Shown: one piece after another, positions 1-8,667 of the stretch
Numbering within the stretch: position 1 is the stretch's first letter
Layout of the letters: the number at the start of each line of letters is the position of its first letter
From: Chiloscyllium plagiosum
Lineage: Eukaryota
DNA: 20,000 nt
NCBI RefSeq assembly: GCF_004010195.1
Contig: NC_057720.1
Location: 3,881,757 to 3,901,756, forward strand
Reading direction: 5' to 3'
The notes under the pieces: model-generated
The model's database searches: none
Told to the model about the DNA's origin: nothing
The model's input: only the letters and a program-made list of their open reading frames with translations
Program-made: the position numbers and the translations under genes

Positions 1-83
1 CAGCCTTTCCATTAGAGTAACTACCCACCACAGGCAGTTTGTTGTCATTTTATATATATATATATACTCTAATGGAAAGGCTG
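1..83. repeat. Perfect 19-bp inverted repeat enclosing a short (TA)n microsatellite
   Basis: CAGCCTTTCCATTAGAGTA (1-19) is the exact reverse complement of TACTCTAATGGAAAGGCTG (65-83). (TA)n run at about 50-66. Confidence 0.85.
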
Positions 84-397
84 AAGCAGCCAGGACTCCC
101 TTCCCCCTCAAATGTAGGCTGACAGAGTGACTAATAAAGGATGGAGTGATGTATATAAATATACATTAAAAAAATGCAATGTTTTTTGCTCAATCTCTAA
201 TCTCTGCAGATCCGAATTCTGACACTATGCCAAGTGTAGCATCAGCACAATTATCCAAAAGGCTTTCTGAACATTAAAGAGAAACTTAAACCTTGGTCAA
301 AGGAAATGGAGGTTTGTTATAGTTTGGGAAAAACTCAGTGACATCCCATTCCTCGAGACAATTTGAACTTGATTTCTCATCACAGCTCATCCAGGTT

Positions 398-697
398 GGC
401 ACGGAGGCTCAGTGGTTAGCACTGCTGCCTCACAGCACCAGAGACCCAGGTTCAATTCTCCCAGTGTCTGTGTGGGTTTCCTCCAGGTGCTCAGGCTTCC
501 TATTTCAGTCAAAAGATGTGCAGGTTAGGGTGGATTGGCCATTCTAGTTTCCCATAGTATCTAGTGATGTGCAAATTAGGTGGATTAGCATTAGGAAATG
601 CAGGGATAGGGTATGGTGGGGGTCTGGGTTGGGATGCTCTTTTTGGAGGGTCAGTGTGGACTGGATGGGCTTGCTTCCACATTATTGGGATTCTATT
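398..697 (+). mobile_element. tRNA-derived V-SINE (HE1-like), internally deleted
   Basis: A-box-like GGCTCAGTGG and B-box GGTTCAATTC. V-domain-like core gtgtctgtgtgggtttcctccaggtgctc...aaagatgtgcaggttagg, and a CR1-type tail ending gggattctat. Homologous to copies at 2537-2851 and 11660-11970. Confidence 0.85.
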
Positions 698-799
698 GTC
701 ACGTAGTGAGAATCTGCATCTCTAGCATTTAGCATCACTATTTCCTCTGCTGTAAACATTAGTTTCTGTCTCAAACAAATGGTATCTTTTCTTTTCTAG

Positions 800-953
800 T
801 ATGTGCAACTACATAAGATCTCAGTTGGCAATCATGCCTATGAGAGGAGAGGGACAGATTTAACACCACTGACCGTCTGTCAGTATTTTTATAAGTGGGG
901 CAGTGTCAGTTCTGGCAATGAGTCCTTCAACATTGACCCAAAGATTGAGACAG
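800..953 (+). CDS. MCOLN3: Mucolipin-3 (TRPML3) internal coding exon A, 154 nt, luminal domain
   Basis: Pyrimidine tract plus TAG acceptor (797-799) and GTAGGT donor at 954. Translates YVQLHKISVGNHAYERRGTDLTPLTVCQYFYKWGSVSSGNESFNIDPKIET, matching the recalled vertebrate TRPML3 segment YLQLYNVSVGNHAYE...CQHFYKRG...GNDTFDIDPEIET. Starts phase 0, ends phase 1. Confidence 0.93.
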
Positions 954-1217
954 GTAGGTGTGTCAGAGTTTCAATCAGATGCTGCCAATGTGTTTGATAT
1001 GTCTGATGGTTGGGAATACTTTCAAGCCCTTGTGTCTCGAATGAGAGTTCTTGGTTATAAGTCCAGTGACATTACTCCTGTCTCCCCTGTCTTTACAATG
1101 TGGGGTGTCAAGAAGAGATTTTTTTAAAAAACACAATTATAATAATACATGCATTCCCGCGGAGACTGGTCCAAAAGGGTAATTTTAAACAAAAATGTGG
1201 AAATTCCTTTAGGATAT

Positions 1218-1411
1218 AACAAAGAACAGTGGATGCTGGTGATTCTGAAACAAACAAACAGCAATTATTTGAGAAACTCAGCAGGTCTGGCAGTGGAGAG
1301 AAAACAGAGTTAACACTTTGAGTCTCATGACCTTCTGTCGAGGAACTTGAGACATTAACTCTTTTCTCTCCCCACAGACAGAGTTTGTCCAGCAATATCT
1401 ACTTTGTTTTT
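1218..1411. mobile_element. Degenerate short fold-back (MITE-like, Penelope-terminus-like) element
   Basis: Shares gagaaactcagcaggtctggc...ggagagaaa..cagagttaa with other copies in the window. Partial inverted right arm ttaactcttttctctccccacaga...tccagcaat. Confidence 0.65.
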
Positions 1412-1688
1412 ATCACTGAAATTAGGCTTCGGGCCTCATTGATTCAGTGTAAGGAAGACTGCCTCCACAGGCAACTTGCCCATATTGAAGTCATAAATGT
1501 CATGTTAGAAGTGACTCAAAGGTTCATTTCAAGATGAGGAATGGGGACTTGAGAGTTGCAAAATCATACCCAGTCCACGGGACCTGCTTCTGAACTTGTT
1601 CTTTTGGTCAATGTCACGCCATAATTACGTATTATCTATCTAAAGCATCCATGATGTGGAGCAGCCGGTGTTGGGCTGCGGTGGACAA

Positions 1689-1830
1689 GTTAAAATCACC
1701 ACACCAGGCTATAGTCCAACAGGTTAAAATCACACCACACAAGGCTATAGTCCAACAGGTTAAACTCTCACCACACCAGGCTGTAGTCCAACAGATTAAA
1801 CTCGCACCACACCAGGCTATAGTCCAACAG
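1689..1830 (+). repeat. Tandem repeat, 4 units of 34-36 bp
   Basis: Units 1689-1722, 1723-1758, 1759-1794 and 1795-1830, approximate consensus GTTAAAnTCnCACCACACCAGGCTATAGTCCAACAG, abutting without spacers. Confidence 0.92.
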
Positions 1831-2016
1831 GTTTATTTAGAAATACTTTGGTAACTGTGGAGCAGGATCATAAGACACCAGAATTTATAGCAAGAGATTA
1901 GTGTTGTGCAACTGAAATGATATGATATATTGAACAATCCTAGACTGTTATTAAGTCTTCCATCTTTCAAAATGGTCATTTACTATAAATTCTGTCTAAT
2001 AGTCCTACTCCACAGC

Positions 2017-2051
2017 TACCTGATGAAGGAGCAGCGCTCTGAAAGCTAGTG
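2017..2051 (+). ncRNA. Minimal type I hammerhead ribozyme-like motif (Penelope-type)
   Basis: TAC-CTGATGA-A-GGAGC-agc-GCTCT-GAAA-GC-TA-GTG. Conserved CUGAUGA and GAAA core boxes, 5-bp stem II (one G-U), minimal palindromic stem III (AGCU), UA cleavage site and 3-bp stem I. Confidence 0.6.
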
Positions 2052-2319
2052 CTTACAAATAAACCTGTTGGACTATAACCTGGTATTGTGTGATTTTTAA
2101 CTTTAAGGTAAGGTGGAGATTTTGGGGATAGACTCCACCCAGCGATATGACCCTTGCAATCCTGCTCTTAGCAACACCAATATCGGAATTGATATTCTTC
2201 ACCTGTACTTTGACCCCAAACTAGAGCCTCGTCGATAGCCTGTCTTTATTCTGTGATCTACTCCTTTTCTGAAATGGAACTCCACGTGAGTTAGTTAAAT
2301 TGGAAGATTGTTCTTGTTA

Positions 2320-2530
2320 AGAGCAGGGTAAGAATATCTCCATCTTCCTGCCTGCTCCACATTCAGTAAGATTGTGCTTCGGAACCTATCCATCTCCGTC
2401 ACTAATTTATAGAATGATTGTGTGTTCCCCGTTCTCTACAGTCCAGAATTCTGAAAAGTTTATTTTTTTTTTTAGATGAAGGAATTCCTCCTTATCTCAG
2501 TCCTCTGTGACATACCCTTATTCTGGGGCC
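2320..2530 (-). mobile_element. Old CR1-type LINE 3' end remnant
   Basis: cctgctccacattcagtaagatt and gaaggaattcctccttatctcagtcct resemble the CR1 3' fragments at 5020-5630 and 15258-15510. Confidence 0.5.
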
Positions 2531-2536
2531 ATAAAA

Positions 2537-2851
2537 ATCACAGAATCCCAACAGTGCGGAAAGAGGCCATTCAGCACATTTGGTCTGCAACAAGCCTCTG
2601 AAGAGCATCCCACCCAGACCCAGCCCCTTACCCTATCCCCATGATTACCAAACCTAATCCCCTTAGCCTGCACATCCCTGGATGCAATGGGCAATCCACC
2701 TAACCTGCATATCGTGGGACTGTGGGAGGAAACCCTCACAGACACAAGGAGAATGTCTGTGTGGAGTCTGCACAGTCACCCGAGGTTGGAATCTGACCCA
2801 GGTCCCTAGAGCAGTGAGGCAGCAGTGCTAACCACTGAGTCACTGTGTCAC
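2537..2851 (-). mobile_element. V-SINE (HE1-like), antisense
   Basis: Ends gtgaggcagcagtgctaaccactgagtcactgtg (reverse complement of the tRNA head). V-core reverse complement ctaacctgcatatcgtgggactgtgggagg. Tail cacagaatcccaacagtgcggaa. Confidence 0.85.
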
Positions 2852-3002
2852 CCTCCGCAATAGGGCTAGAGGCTGCAGATGGGGGAAATTGCTTCTTGGC
2901 ATGTTTAAGTGGAAGAATTGTTAATTAGAGCTGTTAAACTTTTATTTCTTCACTTGGTCAAATCTAGGTTCAGTTCCCAGTCTATAGTTTATCCCCCTCA
3001 GC

Positions 3003-3735
3003 AATAAGGAACAAATGTAGGCCATTTGGCCCCCTCAAGCCTGCTTCATCGTTTGATAAGATCATGGCTGATCTGTTTATGTCTGGAGTTCCATATATCC
3101 ATCTTTCCCTGATGACATTTGATTCCTTTGTCTAACAAGAATCTATTGGTGTCCACCTTCAAAAAGTCCTGAGGCAGAGAGTTCCAAAGTCATGCAACCC
3201 GCAGAGAGAAAACATTTCTCCTAAGCTGTGCTTAAAAGATGGCCCATAAAGTTTAAACAGTGTCCCCTAGTCTTGCACTGACCCACAAGAGGAACTGACT
3301 TTCCCACATCCCCCTGGTCAAGGTTGTTAAGGATCTGATACACTTCAATCAGGTTCCCCCTCACTCTCCTAAAGCCCAGTGGAAACATACTTGGTCTGTC
3401 CAACCTTTCCTCATCAGACAACTCACTCACTCCTGGTGACTCTACAGTAAAGTAAATCAAAAAAAAAGATTCTTGAAATCTGAAACAAAAGCAGAGGGTG
3501 CTGGAGAAACTCAGCAGGTCAGCAGCATCTGTGGAAAGAGTTGCATTTCAAGTCCAGAAGAATCATATTGACTCAACATTAATTCTCTTTCTCTGTCCAT
3601 AGACGCTGCCAGACCTGCTGAGTTTCTCCAGCAATTTGTCTTTATATCAATTTATTAACCTTCTGAATCACTCCATTACATTTACACCTTTAAGTTATGG
3701 AGAATAAAACTGTTCACTACATTTGAGATGTGTAT
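3003..3735 (-). mobile_element. CR1 LINE 3' fragment, interrupted by a fold-back element at about 3455-3650
   Basis: ORF 3221-3460(-) LSDEERLDRPSMFPLGFRRVRGNLIEVYQIL...TRGH is the CR1 ORF2 C-terminus. CR1-like sequence resumes at about 3655 (taaccttctgaa...gagatgtgt). Confidence 0.8.
3470..3648. mobile_element. Short fold-back element with perfect 22-bp inverted repeat
   Basis: TGCTGGAGAAACTCAGCAGGTC (3499-3520) pairs with GACCTGCTGAGTTTCTCCAGCA (3612-3633). Confidence 0.8.
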
Positions 3736-3871
3736 GACGTGACATCCTCATGGCTGTTACAATTGAAGTTCAATCTGCCTACAGGCTTTTTATCCACTTG
3801 TCAAAAAGCAGAGAATGTTTTCCTTCCATCGGTTACCATCTCCTGTCCTGGTCCATTACTTAAAAATTGAA

Positions 3872-4034
3872 ACAACTGCAGATGCTGTAAATCAGAAACA
3901 AAAATGCTCAACAGGTCTGGCAGCATCTGTGGAGAGAAATCAGAGTTAATGTTTCATGTCCAGTGACTCTGCTTTCTCTCCACAGATGCTGCCAGACCTG
4001 CTGAGCTTTTCCAGCAATTTGTTTTTATTTCTGA
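3872..4034. mobile_element. Short fold-back element with perfect 28-bp inverted repeat
   Basis: CAGGTCTGGCAGCATCTGTGGAGAGAAA (3912-3939) pairs with TTTCTCTCCACAGATGCTGCCAGACCTG (3973-4000). Confidence 0.82.
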
Positions 4035-4219
4035 CCAACTATTTCTTTGTCAACCAGCATAAAGTAAGAAAGACGTAACTAGTAGGGGAGTAAAATATCA
4101 TTCCTTTGGGTTGTGAGATGTAATGAAGTCAATCCTTCATCAGTCGGTTTTCAAATGTTCATTTAATGTCAAAGCCTGACTGACTATGAAGGCTGCAGTA
4201 ACCCCCCTCTATCCCATAG

Positions 4220-4304
4220 AATGCTTTGACATGGAGCCAGTGTTACCTATGTCCAGTGGACACACAACAGACAATAAGCTGAACATGACGTTGCATTTTC
4301 ACAG
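4220..4304 (+). CDS. MCOLN3: MCOLN3 coding exon B, 85 nt
   Basis: cccatAG acceptor, GTGAAC donor. (E)CFDMEPVLPMSSGHTTDNKLNMTLHFH(R) resembles TRPML3 ECFFVEP...NKLNLTLDFHR. Phase 1 to 2 is compatible with both neighbouring exons. Confidence 0.92.
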
Positions 4305-4402
4305 GTGAACTACTTTACTTCTGACTTTTTGAATGAACATGTCTCTGTAATTTTTTAAACTCTGGAGGAACTTATCTTTTTAAATTTTCCTTTGTGTGAT
4401 AG

Positions 4403-4499
4403 GCTGGTGATGGTTCAGGTTCATTTCACACTGAAGGCGATTAATCTACAAACAATCCGTCATCACGAGTTGCCAGACTGTTATGATTTTTCAGTTACA
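4403..4499 (+). CDS. MCOLN3: MCOLN3 coding exon C, 97 nt
   Basis: tgatAG acceptor, GTAAGT donor. (R)LVMVQVHFTLKAINLQTIRHHELPDCYDFSVT contains the mucolipin LKAINLQT..ELPDCY motif. Phase 2 to 0. Confidence 0.95.
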
Positions 4500-4535
4500 G
4501 TAAGTGGCTTGTCCTTTTACTCTGTGTTATAAACT

Positions 4536-4662
4536 AAAACAAAGAACTACAACTGCTGGAAATCTGAAACAAAAGCAGAAACTGCTGGAGAAACTCAGCA
4601 GGTCTGGTGGCATCTGTGGAGAGACAAACCATTAATGTTTTGAGTCCAGTGACTCCTGTTCA
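4536..4662. mobile_element. Single (left) arm of the same fold-back family
   Basis: tgctggaaatctgaaacaaaagcagaaactgctggagaaactcagcaggtctggtggcatctgtggagaga matches the left arms at 3470 and 3872. Confidence 0.78.
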
Positions 4663-5019
4663 TCTCCTCATTTATCTGTATTCTTGAGTGAAGTGGAAAT
4701 TGTCCTTTAAAAGCCAGGAGTCATGTTGAGTTTAAACAATACAAAACTGAACTGAGTTTCCCCCTTTAACTTTTACTGATGGGTCTAGGGCAATTCTTGG
4801 GTTTGAGTCAAGAATTTGACCATTTGCTGAGGTCAAAGTCCTATTACAGGTCTCTCTCAACCTGTAAATCTAGATTTGAACTCCCATCGAGAGAATGCAT
4901 GTCAGTTTAATGTGAAGGCTTGTTTCCACAGAAATGATTACACTAGTGAATGTCTTTGGCAGGGTGATTTCCCCAGCCCAGCTCTGAATAAGATGATACT
5001 TTTAATGTTAACAATACAT

Positions 5020-5630
5020 CACATGATCTAGAAGCAGAATTCGGATATTCGGCCCATCAGATCTCCTCCACCAGTCAATCATAGCTGACATGTTTCTCAT
5101 CCCTCATTCTCCTGCCTTTCTCTGTAACCCTCGATCCCCTTACTAATCAGAAGCCTATCAATCTTTGCCTCAATGACTTGGCCCCCACAGCCCTCTGCGG
5201 CAATGACTTCCACCGATTAACCACCCTCCAGCTGAAGAAATTCCTCCTCATCTCCATTCTAAAGGGTCCTCCCTTCACTGAGGTTGTGCCCTTTGGTCCT
5301 GGTCTGGTCTCTCCTAGTAGTGGAAATCTTCTCCACATCCACTGTATCCAGGCCGTTCAGTATTCTGTAAGTTTCAATGAGATTCTAAACTCCATTGAGG
5401 ACAGTCCCAGAGTCCTCAACTGCTCTTCATGTGACAAGCCCATCATCCCTGGGATCATTCTTGTTAATCTTTACTGGACACCGCCCCCCCCCCCCCCCCC
5501 CCACCCCCCCTCCACAAGGTCAGCACATCCTTCCTTCGATACGGGGCCCAAAATGCTCTCAGTATTCCAAATGCGATCTGACTAGCGATTTATACAGCCT
5601 CAGCAATACATCTTTGCTCTTGTATTCTGA
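5020..5630 (-). mobile_element. CR1 LINE 3' fragment with an internal poly-C tract (about 5481-5512)
   Basis: Minus frames YKSKDVLLRLYKSLVRSHLEY and FRMEMRRNFFSWRVVNRWKSLPQRAV are typical CR1 ORF2 C-terminal motifs. Confidence 0.85.
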
Positions 5631-6138
5631 TATATGCATCACTGGCTGGGCAAATATTTTATTGCCGCCTTGAACTGTTACAGGTTGACCATGTCCTTGG
5701 GAGAGGGATACAGGATTTTGTCCCAGTAACACTGAAGAAATGGTGATGTATTTCCAAGTCATGATCCTTGGGTTAAACCTCCACCAGTCATGTGTCTCTG
5801 ATGAAAGAGTAGTCCTGTGCTCATGTGGATCTGTACGTTGACTTTACCATTCCTAATATTACAGACTCCATCTCTAACAATACCAGGCAGACCACGCATA
5901 AAGCCTTCGGGTGTCAAATAGCCTTCATTGTCTGAAAAGCTTCAATTTCATTGTAAGACACGTGGCTTTTATCAGATTTGGCGATGTATCTGGGAGTGCC
6001 TGGCGTGAGGGACATTGTATGGAGGGAGCCTATAATTTAATGATCTACACAATAGCAAAGCAATACAGGGACCATTAATTAATCTATCTAGAGGAGCACT
6101 GGCCTAATCATTCAAACTTTGTTCTTTTTATCTTGTAG

Positions 6139-6238
6139 ATTACTTTTGACAATAAAGCACACAGTGGAAGAATCCAAATTAACTTGGACAATGATGTTTC
6201 CATTCGGGAGTGTAAACGCTGGCATGTAACTGGGGGCA
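6139..6238 (+). CDS. MCOLN3: MCOLN3 coding exon D, 100 nt
   Basis: tcttgtAG acceptor, GTATGT donor. ITFDNKAHSGRIQINLDNDVSIRECKRWHVTGG contains the hallmark mucolipin FDNKAHSGRI. Phase 0 to 1. Confidence 0.95.
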
Positions 6239-6329
6239 GTATGTGTGTTTTAGTTTACTCTCTGTTGACAAAGAATTTGTTTAATTTAGTTTAATGAGTT
6301 TATGTTGAAACCAGTTGCTCCAGATCCTT

Positions 6330-6448
6330 CTATAAAGAGTCGTAAGGGATGGGTAGGAAAGTGTGACTGAGGCGGAGATGAAATCAGCCATGATGGTTTT
6401 AAATGGTGGAACAGACTCGAGGGGTTGAATGGTCTACTCCTCATTCTT
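6330..6448 (+). mobile_element. CR1-type 3' tail fragment
   Basis: atcagccatgat...aaatggtggaacagactcgaggggttgaatggtctactcct is the reverse complement of the tail type seen at 3003-3070 and 5030-5090. Confidence 0.65.
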
Positions 6449-6656
6449 TGTGTAAGGTCACTGCTGATCATTTAGTTCCTCCCTGTGACCAATGGGTATT
6501 TGTTTTAATGTTTAATCATGTCTGGGTGTAAATATTGCTGGTATTTATTGTCCATCCCTAATTGTCATTGTGGTGAAGCTCTTGAAGTCCTTGTGGGTCA
6601 AAGCACACCCGGAGTGCTGTTTGAGATCCTCTGCAGTGACTTTTGTGCAATGGAAT

Positions 6657-7123
6657 GTCATAGAGTCATAGAGATGTACGGTACCGAAATAGACTCTTTG
6701 GTCCAACCCGTCCACACTGACCAGATATTCCAACCCAATCTAGTCCCACCTGCCAGCACACGTCCCATATCCCTCCAAACCCTTCCTATTCATGTGCCCA
6801 TCCAGATGCCTTTTAAATGTTGCAATTGTACCAGCCTCCACATCCTCTGGCAGCTCATTCCACACATGCAGCACCCTCTGCATGAAAAAGTTGCTCCTTC
6901 GATCTCTTTTATATCTTTCCCCTCTCACCCTAAACCTATGTCCTCTAGTTCTGTACTTCCCCACCCCAGGGAAAATACCTTGTCTATTTTCCCTTATCCA
7001 CACCCCTCATGATTTTATAAAGCTCTATAAGGTCACCCCACAGCCTCCAGCGCTCCAGGGAAAACAGCCCCAGGCTCTCCTTATAGCTCAAACCTTCTAA
7101 CCCTGGCAACATGCTTGTAAATC
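6657..7123 (-). mobile_element. CR1 (HER1-like) LINE 3' fragment with octamer tail repeat
   Basis: Begins gtcatagagtcatagag, the reverse complement of (CTCTATGA)n. Frames LEGLSYKESLGLFSLERWRLWGDLIELYKIMRG and RTRGHRFRVRGERYKRDRRSNFFMQRVLHVWNELPE. Confidence 0.9.
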
Positions 7124-7134
7124 TACAGAATTCA

Positions 7135-7400
7135 TAACAACAATGCTGTATTTGTATTGCACCTTTAAAATGATCAGTGCTAAAGTGCTTCACAGCCATA
7201 TTATAAAATATGGTCCTGAGCCACCAAACTAGGTATTAAGGTTGATTCATCAAAAACTTGGTCAGAAATGTAAGTTTTGTCAAGACTTCACTTTAAAGGG
7301 AGGTGAGACTTGAGAGGTTATGGCGCACATTCCAGAGCATGGGGCCCAGGCAACTGAAAGAACATAAATTGTGGCAGAGTAATTCAAATCAAGGATACAA
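7135..7400 (-). mobile_element. L2-clade LINE 3' end remnant (part 1)
   Basis: tgtatttgtattgcacctttaa...aaagtgcttcacag resembles an antisense L2 3' terminus, followed by attccagagcatggggcccaggcaactgaa. Recognised pattern only. Confidence 0.55.
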
Positions 7401-7560
7401 TGTAATATAACTGTTGTTTTATGCATATTTGAAATGTTTGGGTTTTGAGTTTAAAAACACAAAAACATGGGTTACTAAGTTAATTAGCTTGTAAATGTTT
7501 CTGTGGCCATGGTGATTTCATTCTCAACCATTTGAGAGCTACTTAGATAGTCTAATGGGT
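7401..7560. mobile_element. Probable solo LTR, first segment (starts TGTAA)
   Basis: Abrupt TGTAATA start exactly where L2 homology stops. Partner segment ends ATGACA at 13216, where L2 homology resumes. Confidence 0.4.
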
Positions 7561-7569
7561 TAGACTGTT

Positions 7570-8362
7570 GAAGCAGCTGTAGGCCGTTCAGTCTGTCAAA
7601 TCTGGTCGACATTCGATGAGATTATGGCTGATCTGATAATCCTCAACTCCACTTTCTTGCCCATGAGTACTTTTATTCATTAAAAATCCGACTCAGCTTT
7701 GAATATATTTAACAGTTTTGCTGCTACAGCCTCTGAAGTAAAAAAAACTCCCAGATTCACTACCCTCTAAGAGAATTCCTCTTCATCTCCGAAAACACAA
7801 ATATGCTGGAGATCACAGTGGGTCAGGCAGCATCCGTGGAGAGTGAGCAAGCTCAGCTTTCGAGTCTAGATGACTCTACATCAGAGCTTAACCTGCTGTG
7901 ATTTGTAGCATTTTTTTTTGCTGTTTTTATTACAGATTCCAGTTTCTGCAATAATTTGCTTTTCTTCTTCTCTGTTTGAAATGTGATCCCTTATTCTGAG
8001 ATGATGCCCTCCTAGACTCTTCCACAAGGGGAAGCTATCTCTCCACATCCAGCCTGTCAAGCCCCCTCAGAATTTTGTATGTTTCAATAAGGTAACCTTT
8101 CCTTCAAAGCTCCATTTAGGCCCAACCCATAAGCGAATCCATCCATACTCAGGATCGGGTATGTGAACCCTCTCTGGACTGCCTCCAGTGTCAGAGTGTC
8201 ATACCTTAGACAAGAGATCCCAGACTAGTCACTGTATCCAGCTGTGGTCTGGTTTGTTATAGTTATACTTGTTATAGTCTTGATGAGACTTCCCTGTTTT
8301 TATGCTGCATTCATTCTGAAATAAAGGCATTTCATTTGCCTTCCCTATTCCCAACTGAATGT
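7570..8362 (-). mobile_element. Old CR1 LINE 3' part (continues at 11352-11650, 11972-12045 and 12403-12540)
   Basis: CR1 tail gtaggccgttcag...attatggctgatctgataatcctcaactccac (near-identical to 15280-15360). Collinear RT remnants downstream, e.g. PQESVLGPQ at about 11975-12008(-). Confidence 0.75.
7792..7960. mobile_element. Fold-back element variant containing a degenerate antisense hammerhead-like core
   Basis: tgctggagatcacagtgggtca pairs imperfectly with taacctgctgtgatttgtagca. Minus strand 7850-7888 reads AGCT-CTGATGTA-GAGTC-atcta-GACTC-GAAA-GCTG-AGCT. Confidence 0.65.
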
Positions 8363-8667
8363 ACATAGAACATAGAACAATACAGCACAGAACAGGCCCT
8401 TCGGCCCACGATGTTGTGCCGAACATTTGTCCTAGCTTAAGCACCTATCCATGTACCTATCCAATTGCCGCTTAAAGGTCATCAATGATTCTAACTCTGC
8501 CACTCCCACAGGCAGCGCATTCCATGCCCCCACCACTCTCTGGGTAAAGAACCTACCCCTGACATCTCCCCTATACCTTCCACCCTTCACCTTAAATATA
8601 TGTCCCCTTGTAACACTCTGTTGTACCCGGGGAAAAAGTCTCTGACTGTCTACTCTATCTATTCCCC

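Larger units (their letters stand above)
1652..2103. mobile_element. Fold-back non-autonomous Penelope-like element remnant (inverted pseudo-LTR arms)
   Basis: Left arm (about 1687-1892) and right arm (about 1981-2103) are reverse complementary: ccaggctatagtccaacaggtttattt / aaataaacctgttggactataacctgg and gaatttatag / ctataaattc. The right arm holds a hammerhead-type core. Family assignment is by recognition. Confidence 0.7.

Noticed and set aside
398..460. tRNA gene
   Set aside because: The A/B boxes are SINE heads followed by the V-domain. No complete cloverleaf is evident.
803..997. Stand-alone 64-aa ORF
   Set aside because: It is MCOLN3 exon A read through its donor site into the intron.
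1689..1830. CRISPR-like array (36-bp repeats) or a repeat protein from ORF 1651-1854
   Set aside because: Units abut with no unique spacers, there are no cas genes, and the context is a vertebrate intron. The ORF is just the translation of a 36-bp period.
2282..2289. Isolated CACGTG (CLEAR/M-box-like) site
   Set aside because: A single hexamer without supporting clustered motifs is expected by chance in 20 kb.
5178..5673. Proline-rich ORFs
   Set aside because: They are antisense to a CR1 fragment, and the polyproline comes from a poly-C tract.
5795..5830. Second CTGATGA hammerhead-like box
   Set aside because: No stem II followed by GAAA downstream; probably a chance match in a decayed repeat.
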